A DNA stretch of 50,427 bases from Candidatus Parcubacteria bacterium (lineage in GTDB: Bacteria; Patescibacteriota; Minisyncoccia; UBA6257; 2-01-FULL-56-20). Made by a program: the position numbers and the translations under genes. The stretch covers positions 1 to 50,427 of the forward strand of contig QZIV01000020.1 in assembly GCA_003599135.1 (NCBI GenBank), given 5' to 3'. The stretch's first letter is position 1. Every line of letters starts with the position of its first letter. Below are positions 33,197 to 41,387 of the stretch, piece after piece. The notes under the pieces were generated by a model. It saw nothing but the letters and a program-made list of their open reading frames with translations. It had not been told where the DNA came from and ran no database searches.

Positions 33197-35800
33197 CTAT
33201 TTTTTATGGTGCGGAGCATTGATCATACCGCACTTCTTCCACTTATATACCTGGCCGGTTGCGGGATTCACCGCTCCGCACGGGCAAGGATCGTTCCTCC
33301 CTACTTTGTCTCCAGTCGCAGAAGCGGATAAGTTCGTTTTCGGAGTAGTCGCCGTGTTGGCCTGCAAACGAAAGATATTTGAAAACACCATGCCGTCAAA
33401 ATTGTTCCAGAAACTCTTGAAAAGATTGCTTGCTTCCTGGCGGTACTCGACGAGCGGGTCTTTGTGTCCGTAGGCCCGAAGGCCGACCGACTCGCTTAGG
33501 GCTTCCAGGTCTTCCAGATGGTTCATCCATAAAAGATCGAGGATGCCGAAGAGCTGGTTTATGGCATTGGGAAATCCAGCGACTTCCTGGCTCCGTTTCT
33601 TCAAAAGTTCGGTAAGCGCTTCAGGCGTCGGCTCCGCGGGATATGGGTTGTCCTTCGTCACGACTCCGGTCTCCTCGAATGCCTTTTTGATGAGCACATC
33701 GCGATCCAGAGATTCGCCTTCTCCCTCGGGTTCCGAAAGCGGCTGGTTCAGCATTCCTTCAAACTGCCGCGAAACGCTCTCGAATATCATCGCGGCAAGT
33801 TTTTCCTTCTCAAGAGTGCCAAGAAGCTCCCCTCGGCGCTTGTACACCGCCACTCGCTGTTTGTTCAACACGTCGTCGTACTCGAGAAGATGCTTCCGGA
33901 GGTCGAAGTTCGCGCCTTCCACCTTCGCCTGCGCTTCCGCGACCGCTTTTGAGACAAACGCAATATCGATTGGCTGATCGTCGGGCAGGTTAAACCTTTC
34001 CATAATCCCCTTGATGCGATCTCCTCCGAAGATCCGAAGAAGGTCGTCGTCGAGCGAAAGAAAAAACTTCGAAGAGCCGGGGTCTCCTTGTCTCCCAGCC
34101 CGGCCGCGGAGCTGGTTGTCGATGCGCCTCGCTTCGTGCCGCTCCGTTCCCAAAATATAGAGGCCGCCGAGTTCTCGGACCTTCTTCGCTTCTTCGGGGT
34201 TCGGCGGATTTCCGCCCAAAATGATGTCAACGCCTCTTCCGGCAATGTTCGTGGCGACCGTGACGGCCTTGAGGCGCCCCGCTTGAGCTATGATCGCGGC
34301 TTCGCGCTCGTTGTTCTTTGCATTCAAAACCTCGTGAGATACTCCCTCTTTCGAAAGCACCGCAGAGAGCACTTCGTTCTTTTCAATCGAGGTGGTGCCC
34401 ACAAGGATCGGTCTTCCCGCCGCATGGACCTCCTTAATCTCTCGAGCCACCGCGCGCCATTTCGCGTGAGCGTCTTTGTAGATTGCGTCAGGGTTGTCCT
34501 CCCGAACGAGAGGGTTATTCGTCGGGATGCTTACTACCTCCAGGTTGTACACCTTATGGAATTCCTCCGCAGACGTCTGCGCCGTCCCCGTCATGCCGGC
34601 GATTTTTTCATACATCCGGAAATAGTTCTGAATCGAGATTTTGGCGTAGGTTCTCGATTCTTCTTTCACGAACACGCCTTCTTTCGCCTCGATGGCTTGA
34701 TGGAGCCCGCCGTTGTAGCGGCGGCCGAAGAGGAGTCTCCCCGTAAATTCGTCCACGATGACCACCTCGCCCTCCCGAACCACGTAATCGCGGTCGCGGA
34801 AAAAGATCGCTTTGGCGCGCAAGCTTTCTTCGAGATAGTGCACGAGCCGGAGATTCTCGGGCGCGTACAGATTCTTCACACCTATCGTCGCCTCAACTTT
34901 TCCGATGCCGCTTTCCGTAATAGAGACGCTCCGCCGTTTTTCATCCACCGTATAGTCTTCGTCTTTCGTGAGCCGCGCCACGACCCGGGCGAATGTTTTA
35001 TAAAACTCGCTCGACTGCCTGTCGGGAGCGGCGATAATGAGCGGCGTCCGCGCTTCGTCTATGAGGATACTGTCAACCTCGTCGATAATTGCATAGGTGT
35101 GCCTTTTCTGAACCTGTTCGGCGAGCGCGTGCACGAGATTGTCGCGGAGGTAATCGAACCCAAACTCATGGTTCGTGCCGTAGGTAACGTCGGCGGCATA
35201 CGCGTCGCGGCGAGATGCGGGGCGCAAAAACTCCTGCTGCACGAGGAAGTTCCCCGTCGTGTCCCGTTCTTTGTCGATGAGCTTTTCGGCGTTCTCCGGA
35301 ATTTTCCAGTCCGGATCGTAGAGGTACGCGGAACTCGGCACCAAGCACGCAACGGAGAGTCCAAGCGCCCGGTAAATCCGGCCCATCCACACCGCATCGC
35401 GTCGAGCGAGATATTCGTTCACGGTAACGATGTGCACGCCCTCGCCGCGAAGCGCGTTCAGATACGCGGGAGCAACCGCGGCAAGCGTTTTCCCTTCGCC
35501 GGTCACCATTTCGGCGACTGCTCCTTGATGAAGCACGATCCCGCCCATGAGCTGCACATCGTACGGGCGCTCGCCGAGCGAACGGCGCGCGGCCTCCCGT
35601 ACCAGAGCAAACGCGCGCGGAAGAACCGCCGCAAGCTCTTCGCCCCCCCGAACTCGATCTTTAAGCTTCAAGCTTTCCGCTTTGAGGCCCTCATCGCTTA
35701 ACTCCTTTACCTCGGGTTCGAGGGCGTTAATTTCCTCCACCGTCTGCCGGATGGATTGGAGCGACCGCCTATGGAAAAATGTTTTAATGGCGTCAAACAT
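33197..35800 (-). CDS. secA: Preprotein translocase ATPase SecA
   Basis: 867 aa. 'MVTGEGKTL', 'DEVDSILIDEARTPLII', 'ATNIAGRGVDI' and the C-terminal Zn motif variant 'DPCPCG...KKCG'. Confidence 0.97.
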   Translation of the reverse strand: MFDAIKTFFHRRSLQSIRQTVEEINALEPEVKELSDEGLKAESLKLKDRVRGGEELAAVLPRAFALVREAARRSLGERPYDVQLMGGIVLHQGAVAEMVTGEGKTLAAVAPAYLNALRGEGVHIVTVNEYLARRDAVWMGRIYRALGLSVACLVPSSAYLYDPDWKIPENAEKLIDKERDTTGNFLVQQEFLRPASRRDAYAADVTYGTNHEFGFDYLRDNLVHALAEQVQKRHTYAIIDEVDSILIDEARTPLIIAAPDRQSSEFYKTFARVVARLTKDEDYTVDEKRRSVSITESGIGKVEATIGVKNLYAPENLRLVHYLEESLRAKAIFFRDRDYVVREGEVVIVDEFTGRLLFGRRYNGGLHQAIEAKEGVFVKEESRTYAKISIQNYFRMYEKIAGMTGTAQTSAEEFHKVYNLEVVSIPTNNPLVREDNPDAIYKDAHAKWRAVAREIKEVHAAGRPILVGTTSIEKNEVLSAVLSKEGVSHEVLNAKNNEREAAIIAQAGRLKAVTVATNIAGRGVDIILGGNPPNPEEAKKVRELGGLYILGTERHEARRIDNQLRGRAGRQGDPGSSKFFLSLDDDLLRIFGGDRIKGIMERFNLPDDQPIDIAFVSKAVAEAQAKVEGANFDLRKHLLEYDDVLNKQRVAVYKRRGELLGTLEKEKLAAMIFESVSRQFEGMLNQPLSEPEGEGESLDRDVLIKKAFEETGVVTKDNPYPAEPTPEALTELLKKRSQEVAGFPNAINQLFGILDLLWMNHLEDLEALSESVGLRAYGHKDPLVEYRQEASNLFKSFWNNFDGMVFSNIFRLQANTATTPKTNLSASATGDKVGRNDPCPCGAVNPATGQVYKWKKCGMINAPHHKK

Positions 35801-35859
35801 AAAAGACGTGTAAAGCCGGGTTCAGATGATGCGTCCGAGACCCGGACACTCTCCGAGAG

Positions 35860-36210
35860 TTACGCCCGGCGCGATCTCCGAAGTTCCCGTCTCCCCTTTT
35901 CGAAGCGAGCTTTGTACTTTTCGATTTCCACATGGATTTTATTCTTGAGAACGTCGATCGAGGCCCGAAGGTCGTATGATTCTTCCTCCGCGCGGAGAAT
36001 TTTCTTTGGGAGTCTGAGGTCGGCCTCTGCCCGGAACACAGGCCCCTTATGGTGGTGGCGCGTCGTCCGACCAACCTCGAGCCACATTTCCGCCACCCCT
36101 TCGGCATCGAATTTCCTTACAAACTTGCCGAGCGATCCGAGCTTGCTTTCAATGTAAATTTTGAGACTCGGCGTGATATCGATTCTCGTTGCCTTGATAT
36201 TTATCTTCAT
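35860..36210 (-). CDS. hpf: Ribosome hibernation factor (HPF/RaiA, short form)
   Basis: Start ATG 36210. 'MKINIKATRIDITPSLKIYIESKL...' fits the sigma54-modulation/S30EA family pattern. Confidence 0.85.
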   Translation of the reverse strand: MKINIKATRIDITPSLKIYIESKLGSLGKFVRKFDAEGVAEMWLEVGRTTRHHHKGPVFRAEADLRLPKKILRAEEESYDLRASIDVLKNKIHVEIEKYKARFEKGRRELRRSRRA

Positions 36211-36235
36211 GGCGCGTACTGCTGCATGGGGAGAA

Positions 36236-37222
36236 TTATACCATCTCCACTTCCTCCTCAAGCCCCACCCCGAATTTCTCTTTCACCGCTTCTTTCACAA
36301 TGGCAATAAGACCCCGAACGTCTTTGGCTGTCGCGCCGACGAGGTTCACGATGAAGTTGGGATGTTTCGGAGAAACCATCGCTTCCCCGAGTTTTTTCCC
36401 TTTCAGTCCTGCTTCTGAAATAAGATACGCGGCAGGCACTACCGGAAACGGATCAAGTTTTACCGGAACGACATAACGCCCGCCACCTTTCTCCCACTCC
36501 ACGGTTAGCATCTCTTTCCCTTTCGGGATTTCTGTATCGATGCCCATCTCTCCGGCGGGAACGTTCTTGAAAATACTCCCTATATTGGGATATTCCATCG
36601 GATGGCGCTCGAGGCGATAGTTAATCCTTTCCCACATGGTTTTTTTTACCGCGTCAGGATTTCCAGGGAGAAGTTCGAGAACGCTCTCCAACACTATTTC
36701 TTTGCCCTTTCTCTCCTTAAAAATACTCGAGCGGTATGCGAAACGGCATTCAGCGCGCGAGCGAGTAGTAAGTTCCAATGTTTCGATATCGAGACTTTGC
36801 ACAGAAACTACGACGTCTTTCATTTCGCCGCCGAAAGCTCCCGCATTCCCCCGAATGGCTCCTCCCACCGTTCCAGGCAGGCCGCCAGCCCATTCAAGGC
36901 CGCTTAGCCCTTCGCGAGTCGCATACGCCACTGCGTTTTCCATGAGGAGTCCCGCACCTGCGCGAAATCGGGTATCTTCTTTTTTTAGATCCTTCAAGCC
37001 AGGCTTGAGCACAAGCCCATCGAAGCCGGCATCATCAACCAAGAGATTCGTGCCGCCGCCAAGAACAAACAAGCGGAGACCGCGTTTCCGGGCCTCCCGA
37101 AGCGCGTTTTTCAGTTCGTCAATCGCTTTAAATTCAAAAAAATAGCGGGCCGGGCCGCCGATCCTATAACTTACGAACTCCGATAGCGGAACATTTTCGC
37201 GGAACTGTATCATTGGATTCAT
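36236..37222 (-). CDS. murB: UDP-N-acetylenolpyruvoylglucosamine reductase
   Basis: Start ATG 37222 (AAGGGG 8-9 nt upstream; the ORF-track start is GTG 37315). 'SYRIGGPARYF', 'VLGGGTNLLV' and a C-terminal MurB domain. Confidence 0.9.
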   Translation of the reverse strand: MNPMIQFRENVPLSEFVSYRIGGPARYFFEFKAIDELKNALREARKRGLRLFVLGGGTNLLVDDAGFDGLVLKPGLKDLKKEDTRFRAGAGLLMENAVAYATREGLSGLEWAGGLPGTVGGAIRGNAGAFGGEMKDVVVSVQSLDIETLELTTRSRAECRFAYRSSIFKERKGKEIVLESVLELLPGNPDAVKKTMWERINYRLERHPMEYPNIGSIFKNVPAGEMGIDTEIPKGKEMLTVEWEKGGGRYVVPVKLDPFPVVPAAYLISEAGLKGKKLGEAMVSPKHPNFIVNLVGATAKDVRGLIAIVKEAVKEKFGVGLEEEVEMV

Positions 37223-37344
37223 TTTTCGAACCCCTTGAGCGGCCGCCGGTGGTGACCTCCAATTCTGTTTTTTGAATGAGTGCTCATCCAGCAGCCGCTC
37301 GAGAAGCTCGAGCACTCCACTTGTATCCTAATCCAGCGACTAGG

Positions 37345-37384
37345 GGAAATCAAAAGCGGGCCAGCGATGAAAATCGCTGGCCCG
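37345..37384 (-). terminator. Strong hairpin/terminator upstream of murB
   Basis: Perfect 12-bp stem, 37357-37368 with 37373-37384 (CGGGCCAGCGAT/ATCGCTGGCCCG), and a 4-nt loop. The minus strand continues CTTTTGATTT. Confidence 0.65.
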
Positions 37385-37391
37385 GGATAGT

Positions 37392-37612
37392 CTCAGGGCT
37401 GCCTTCTCGATTGAGTCTTAAACTCAATGCCGGGAATCGCGCCTTCTGGCGGTGAGACGCGTGACACACCGGCTAAAGAGTGTGGATCCAGTTTGGATCC
37501 CGGCTCAAAGTCGAGGAACCAACTCGCGGGGACGGTGTTGAAATTCGCAGCCCTGCTCGGCCGACTCTCGCTGCTTTTGGCAAACAAGAGAGAGAACCGA
37601 GTAATTTTTTTA
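37392..37612. ncRNA. Candidate structured RNA (class and strand unresolved)
   Basis: No credible ORF. 9-bp long-range pairing CAGGGCTGC (37394-402) / GCAGCCCTG (37547-555). Internal hairpins ATTGAGT-cttaa-ACTCAAT (37409-27) and GGATCC-agttt-GGATCC. A plus-strand terminator-like element follows directly. Confidence 0.25.
37556..37611 (+). terminator. Plus-strand terminator-like hairpin plus T7 run
   Basis: CTCGG-ccga-CTCTC ... GAGAG-agaa-CCGAG (37556-37601), followed by TAATTTTTTT. Confidence 0.4.
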
Positions 37613-37774
37613 TGGAATCAAAGAGCGATGAGTGCAGGTGCCAGTCCTGATTGGTTGCCTCTTGCTCAAGACTGGCTCCCTGGCGACCTGCCGACGGTGG
37701 TCAACAGATCGCGGGCGTGGTCTAGAAAAGATATCTTAGGCGAGCCATTTTCGGTTGTCAAGGCGAGAAACAAG

Positions 37775-37803
37775 AAGCCCGACCAGAGGAACCGGCCGGG
37801 CTT
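37775..37803 (-). terminator. Terminator-like hairpin after gene 37818-38138
   Basis: AAGCCCGACC / GGCCGGGCTT (10 bp, 1 mismatch). The minus strand continues CTTGTTTCT. Confidence 0.4.
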
Positions 37804-37817
37804 TGGATGCGAGGCGT

Positions 37818-38138
37818 TTAGCCCCAAAAGAGTTTTTGGAGAACAATCCCCGCAGTGGCTCCAAGCGCCGTGAAAGCCCAAAGCTTCATAATATGCTTCG
37901 GGCCCACGCGAGCAAAGAGAATCCACGAGGAGATTACGTTCGCTCCGACGTAGGAAAGGAGCGAGAAGCCGACGTAGGCCGTGATGAGCGGCGGCCAGGT
38001 TGCAGGGTTATTCGTGTTCGGGAGGTTTATGCCGACCCAGATGCCCGAAACGAGCCATAGCCCCGCAGAACCGAGAAAGTGAGCTTTGCTGTCGAGCTCC
38101 ACGAGAGACAGCCACCGCGCCACAATTCGACGAATCAT
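37818..38138 (-). CDS. Small 3-TM membrane protein, unknown family
   Basis: Start ATG 38138 (MIRRIVARWLSL...). 106 aa, hydrophobic. Confidence 0.5.
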   Translation of the reverse strand: MIRRIVARWLSLVELDSKAHFLGSAGLWLVSGIWVGINLPNTNNPATWPPLITAYVGFSLLSYVGANVISSWILFARVGPKHIMKLWAFTALGATAGIVLQKLFWG

Positions 38139-38202
38139 CGAGGACTCTCCGCATATTGAATTGCTCTCGATAAGGCACCTTCGCCTTTGGGAGCTGTAAT
38201 AC

Positions 38203-38231
38203 TCTATATCTCGGCAAGGAAATAATGTCAA
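38203..38231 (-). promoter_or_regulatory. Candidate promoter of gene 37818-38138
   Basis: On the minus strand: TTGACA (38231-38226), 17 nt, TATAGA (38208-38203). Confidence 0.45.
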
Positions 38232-38251
38232 TGAAATCAATGCAAAAAAAC

Positions 38252-38277
38252 CTAGCCCCGCTGTAAAGCGGGGCTAG
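38252..38277 (-). terminator. Rho-independent terminator of the SIMPL/GtrA transcription unit
   Basis: CTAGCCCCGCT-gtaa-AGCGGGGCTAG (11-bp perfect stem). The minus strand continues GTTTTTTTG. Confidence 0.8.
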
Positions 38278-38362
38278 ATCAAACAGATTGTAAGGCATGC
38301 CTCGATCGACGTCGTCGTCGAGGTACACACACTCATTCGAGCTGATTATAGCAAGGAATACG

Positions 38363-39028
38363 TTATCGGTCAATACCTTTCGGAGGTATGACCATCGGCA
38401 GTCCTGCCGACTTCTTGAAAACGAAGTATTTATACCCCAAGAAGTTCCAGAGGAGCGCGGTGAATATCCCCGCAATCGGAGCAACGATATTCCCCCACAG
38501 GTTTTCAGGAAATCCCGCTGAATCTCCGAACGCTTTCATCGCCGTCGCCGCGCCGACATTCACAACGCCCCCGATAATCGCGATCGTATAGAACTTTACA
38601 ACTTGGCCCGCGTCGGGACGTTCTGCAGATCCGAAGGTCCAATACTTGTTCCACACGAAGCTGTTCGTCGTCGCCGCTAGGAAGGAAGCCCCCTTAAAAA
38701 CAGAGAAGAGCAGAGCCTGCGGTACGCCTCCCCAGAGAAGCGTGATAAGGTTGAACACTCCGAGGTCAACGAAACTGTTCAAGCTTCCAACCGCCGCAAA
38801 CTTCGCAAACTGGTAGAGGACCGGGACCTTCCGTCCGATAACCGATGCGACGGAAAGCGCGATCGGCGCAAGGAGAAGAAAACAGACAAACACGCCTGTA
38901 CGGATTACTCCATAGGGTGCCTGCACCACCCCGTGAATCTCTTGCGTGAAGTTCGACAAGATCGGCTGCGCCAAAAGACCTACGGCGGCGCCGATGACGG
39001 TAACTAGAATGAGATCCTTTCTTGTCAT
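38363..39028 (-). CDS. GtrA-family membrane protein
   Basis: 221 aa. 'QFAKFAAVGSLNSFVDLGVFNL' and 'TNSFVWNKYWTF' in the C-terminal half. Confidence 0.75.
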   Translation of the reverse strand: MTRKDLILVTVIGAAVGLLAQPILSNFTQEIHGVVQAPYGVIRTGVFVCFLLLAPIALSVASVIGRKVPVLYQFAKFAAVGSLNSFVDLGVFNLITLLWGGVPQALLFSVFKGASFLAATTNSFVWNKYWTFGSAERPDAGQVVKFYTIAIIGGVVNVGAATAMKAFGDSAGFPENLWGNIVAPIAGIFTALLWNFLGYKYFVFKKSAGLPMVIPPKGIDR

Positions 39029-39796
39029 TTACCGAAGCGCGTAGGTAATCGAGACGTTCACCGTGATTTCCTGCGTGCCGGGTTCAATGGTCGGGCGGGC
39101 AACCATCATCTCCGGGCCACCCATGCCCATCGCCATATCCTTTGCGGCGAAATAGGGCATCGGAGGGCCTCCGGAGAACTCATTGACGTTCACGATTTTT
39201 CCGAGCCGCAGTCCATTTTGCCCTGCCATTGTTTTCGCTTTTTCGTGAGCTCGACGGAAGGCATCGGCACGGGCTTCACCCAGGAGCTTCTCGGGGTCGT
39301 CGATCGTGAAGTTGATGCCGCCGATCTGGTTCACTCCGAGCGGCGTTAATCCTCCGATAACCGCCGCAACCTTGCCGAGGTCCCTGATTTTAACGTTCAC
39401 CGTCTGGGTAAGCGTATATCCCGTAATGAAGTTGCGCTCCGTCTTCGGATCGTAGCGGTAATCGGGCGAGAGATTGTATCCCGAGGTTTTTACGTCTTTC
39501 GTATCGATCCCCTGGGATTTTATGAACTCGATTGCCGCGGAAACTTTCTGATTATTGTTATCCGCCAATTCTTCCGGATTCCGCCCTTTCGAGACCACGG
39601 AGAATGAGGTTTCTGCGAGATCGGGTGTCGCTACCGCTCTACCCTCGGCTGATACGTTTATCGTCCGCACCGGCCAGATGGAATCTCTGTATGCTTTGAC
39701 CGCCGGCATTACGAAGAAAACCAGGTTTATGATGAGACCCGCGATGAGAAGATTGATGAGCATCCAGAAATATGATTTTGATCGATCTGTGTTCAT
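39029..39796 (-). CDS. SIMPL-domain (DUF541) protein
   Basis: 255 aa with a TM anchor. 'INVSAEGRAVATPDLAETSFSV' and 'NLSPDYRY'. ATGA overlap with the tpiA stop. Confidence 0.8.
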   Translation of the reverse strand: MNTDRSKSYFWMLINLLIAGLIINLVFFVMPAVKAYRDSIWPVRTINVSAEGRAVATPDLAETSFSVVSKGRNPEELADNNNQKVSAAIEFIKSQGIDTKDVKTSGYNLSPDYRYDPKTERNFITGYTLTQTVNVKIRDLGKVAAVIGGLTPLGVNQIGGINFTIDDPEKLLGEARADAFRRAHEKAKTMAGQNGLRLGKIVNVNEFSGGPPMPYFAAKDMAMGMGGPEMMVARPTIEPGTQEITVNVSITYALR

Positions 39797-40512
39797 TGAA
39801 GTTTTTTAGTTATGGTTATTATCTTTTTGAATTCGACTGCTTTGAGACTGGCGCCACCGACCAGGGCGCCGTCAATATCTTTGTATTGTAGAAAATTCTT
39901 CGTATTCCGTGAAGTGACCGACCCGCCATAGAGCACTCTGGGCCGCGGCCGGACGAAGCGCTTTATAAAACGCGCAATTTCAACAGTTTCTTTTGGGTTA
40001 TCCGGCTTCCCCGTGCCGATAGCCCAAATCGGCTCATATGCTATGACGAGCGAACCTCTTGCTCCTTTCAAATCCGCCCGGAGTTGATTCTTTACGTAGG
40101 CCATAGCTCTGCCTATACCCCTCCGACGGACTTCCTTCGGCTCGCCAACGCAAAGAATAACTTTAAGCCCCGCAGCCATCGCCGCCCGCACTTTTCTGTT
40201 TATCATTTTATCGGTCTCTCCGAGCCACCGCCTCCGCTCCGAGTGGCCTAGGATTACGTAACGGACCCCCAGCTTTTTAAGCATTGCCGGGGACACCTCG
40301 CCGGTATAGGGGCCTCCGCCAGCTGGCGGACTCTCCCAGAAAGCGTCTTGCGCTCCAAGAGCGGCGTAACGCAAGGCCTTCCCAACCGCTCCCACAAACG
40401 GGAAGGGCGGTGAAATCACGACGCCTTTCTTGTCTTCGGCGCGGCCCAGACGGATTGCTTCCGGCAAAGTTAAGGGATTTAACTTCCAATTTGCAATAAG
40501 CAGTTTCTGCAT
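39793..40512 (-). CDS. tpiA: Triosephosphate isomerase
   Basis: 'ANWKLN', 'ILGHSERR', 'AYEPIWAIGTG', 'YGGSV'. Confidence 0.95.
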   Translation of the reverse strand: MQKLLIANWKLNPLTLPEAIRLGRAEDKKGVVISPPFPFVGAVGKALRYAALGAQDAFWESPPAGGGPYTGEVSPAMLKKLGVRYVILGHSERRRWLGETDKMINRKVRAAMAAGLKVILCVGEPKEVRRRGIGRAMAYVKNQLRADLKGARGSLVIAYEPIWAIGTGKPDNPKETVEIARFIKRFVRPRPRVLYGGSVTSRNTKNFLQYKDIDGALVGGASLKAVEFKKIITITKKLQ

Positions 40513-40514
40513 AG

Positions 40515-41081
40515 TTACAGACTCATTAACCTTTTCCCTACAAGCTTATACGCGTGTGTTTTCTTCTCTCCGTTCTCTATCTTCATCTCTGCCGTGAACC
40601 TTCCGTACGTAACGTCGTGGCTCCACATTTCCAGCTTCTCGCCTAAGTCAAGCGTTGCGATATTAAAAAAATCTCCGCCGAAGTTAAGAACTGCGGCCAG
40701 GTGATAGGATTCTTTGCCGTCGGTCTTCCTGTCTCTTATGACCGTCATCGCATCATCCAAATTATCGTAGTTCAGGTCGCCGAACGACGTATATCCCTGG
40801 AGAAGTTCCAACTTTCCGCCTTCATAGGGCCCGATGAAAACCCGATTGCCGCTTTTAAGGTAGCGAGCCCCGAGGACGTCCGAAATGCGGGGAGCGGTGA
40901 CTACGGGTACCGTGCGGGCCGCGGGAGGATTGGTTTCCAAAACCCATGTCGAAAACTGCACGACCTGGCTTCCGTAGTTTACGGCCCGGTCAAGCGCCCC
41001 GTCCGGCAAAGAAGCGTTCGCTTGAATCGTGGAGAGAAAAACGAACGTCGCCTGAAGAAGTCCTACAATAAGAGATTCCAT
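40515..41081 (-). CDS. Hypothetical secreted protein
   Basis: 188 aa with an N-terminal signal-like helix. No family recognised. Confidence 0.5.
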   Translation of the reverse strand: MESLIVGLLQATFVFLSTIQANASLPDGALDRAVNYGSQVVQFSTWVLETNPPAARTVPVVTAPRISDVLGARYLKSGNRVFIGPYEGGKLELLQGYTSFGDLNYDNLDDAMTVIRDRKTDGKESYHLAAVLNFGGDFFNIATLDLGEKLEMWSHDVTYGRFTAEMKIENGEKKTHAYKLVGKRLMSL

Positions 41082-41118
41082 AGATTAATCAACTTTCAAA
41101 TCATTATATGCGAGAAAA

Positions 41119-41277
41119 AGATCGTTTGGTAGCCCCGACGGGAATCTCACGCGCTCACTTCGTTCGCTTTTCAAAACCCTCGGTTTTGAAAGATTCCTAC
41201 GCAGAGGGGACACCGAGTTTCCCCTCCGACCCACCCCTCGTTCGATTCCCCCAAGGAGAAAAATAAAAAAACGATCT
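41119..41277. repeat. 159-bp element bounded by 9-bp inverted repeats and carrying tRNA 3'-end-like fragments on both strands
   Basis: AGATCGTTT (41119-27) / AAACGATCT (41269-77). Minus-strand GATTCCCGTCGGGGCTACCA (41146-41127) resembles the tRNA-Glu 3' end. Plus-strand GTTCGATTCCCCC sits at 41240-52. Internal perfect hairpins at 41169-91 and 41204-26. Confidence 0.5.
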
Positions 41278-41300
41278 GCGACCGCATTTTATTTTTCTCG

Positions 41301-41373
41301 TAGCCCTAACGGGAATCGAACCCGTGTTTTAGCGTTGAGAACGCTACGTCCTAGGCCACTAGACGATAGGGCC
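41301..41373 (-). tRNA. tRNA-Glu (anticodon CUC)
   Basis: Hand-folded cloverleaf: GGCCCTA/TC/GTCT-AGTGGCCTA-GGAC/G/TAGCG-TTCTCAA-CGCTA/AAAC/ACGGG-TTCGATT-CCCGT/TAGGGCT/A. 73 nt, with no encoded CCA. Confidence 0.9.
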
Positions 41374-41387
41374 AAAGCAAGCAAATC

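Noticed and set aside
37392-37770. Possibility that the structured interval is SRP RNA, tmRNA, RNase P RNA or a known riboswitch.
   Set aside because: I found none of the following on either strand: the GGAA-tetraloop/AGCA symmetric-loop motif of SRP, a tRNA-like ...TCCACCA end with a GGGG 5' end for tmRNA, or the GAGGAAAGTCC / ACAGAANNCGGCTTA P4 strands of RNase P. This is by eye only, and a covariance-model scan could overturn it.
37427-37873. 148-aa plus-strand ORF in the murB-upstream interval.
   Set aside because: The sequence is low-complexity (Ser/Pro/Gly/Arg). The ORF runs straight through a hairpin plus T7 terminator-like element and into the 3' end of an opposite-strand gene, with no SD. 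I treated the region as non-coding.
41127-41146. A second functional tRNA gene ending in CCA downstream of tRNA-Glu.
   Set aside because: Only the T-loop and acceptor 3' strand are recognisable. No complementary 5' acceptor strand, D-arm or anticodon arm could be found upstream, so I called it a relic fragment.
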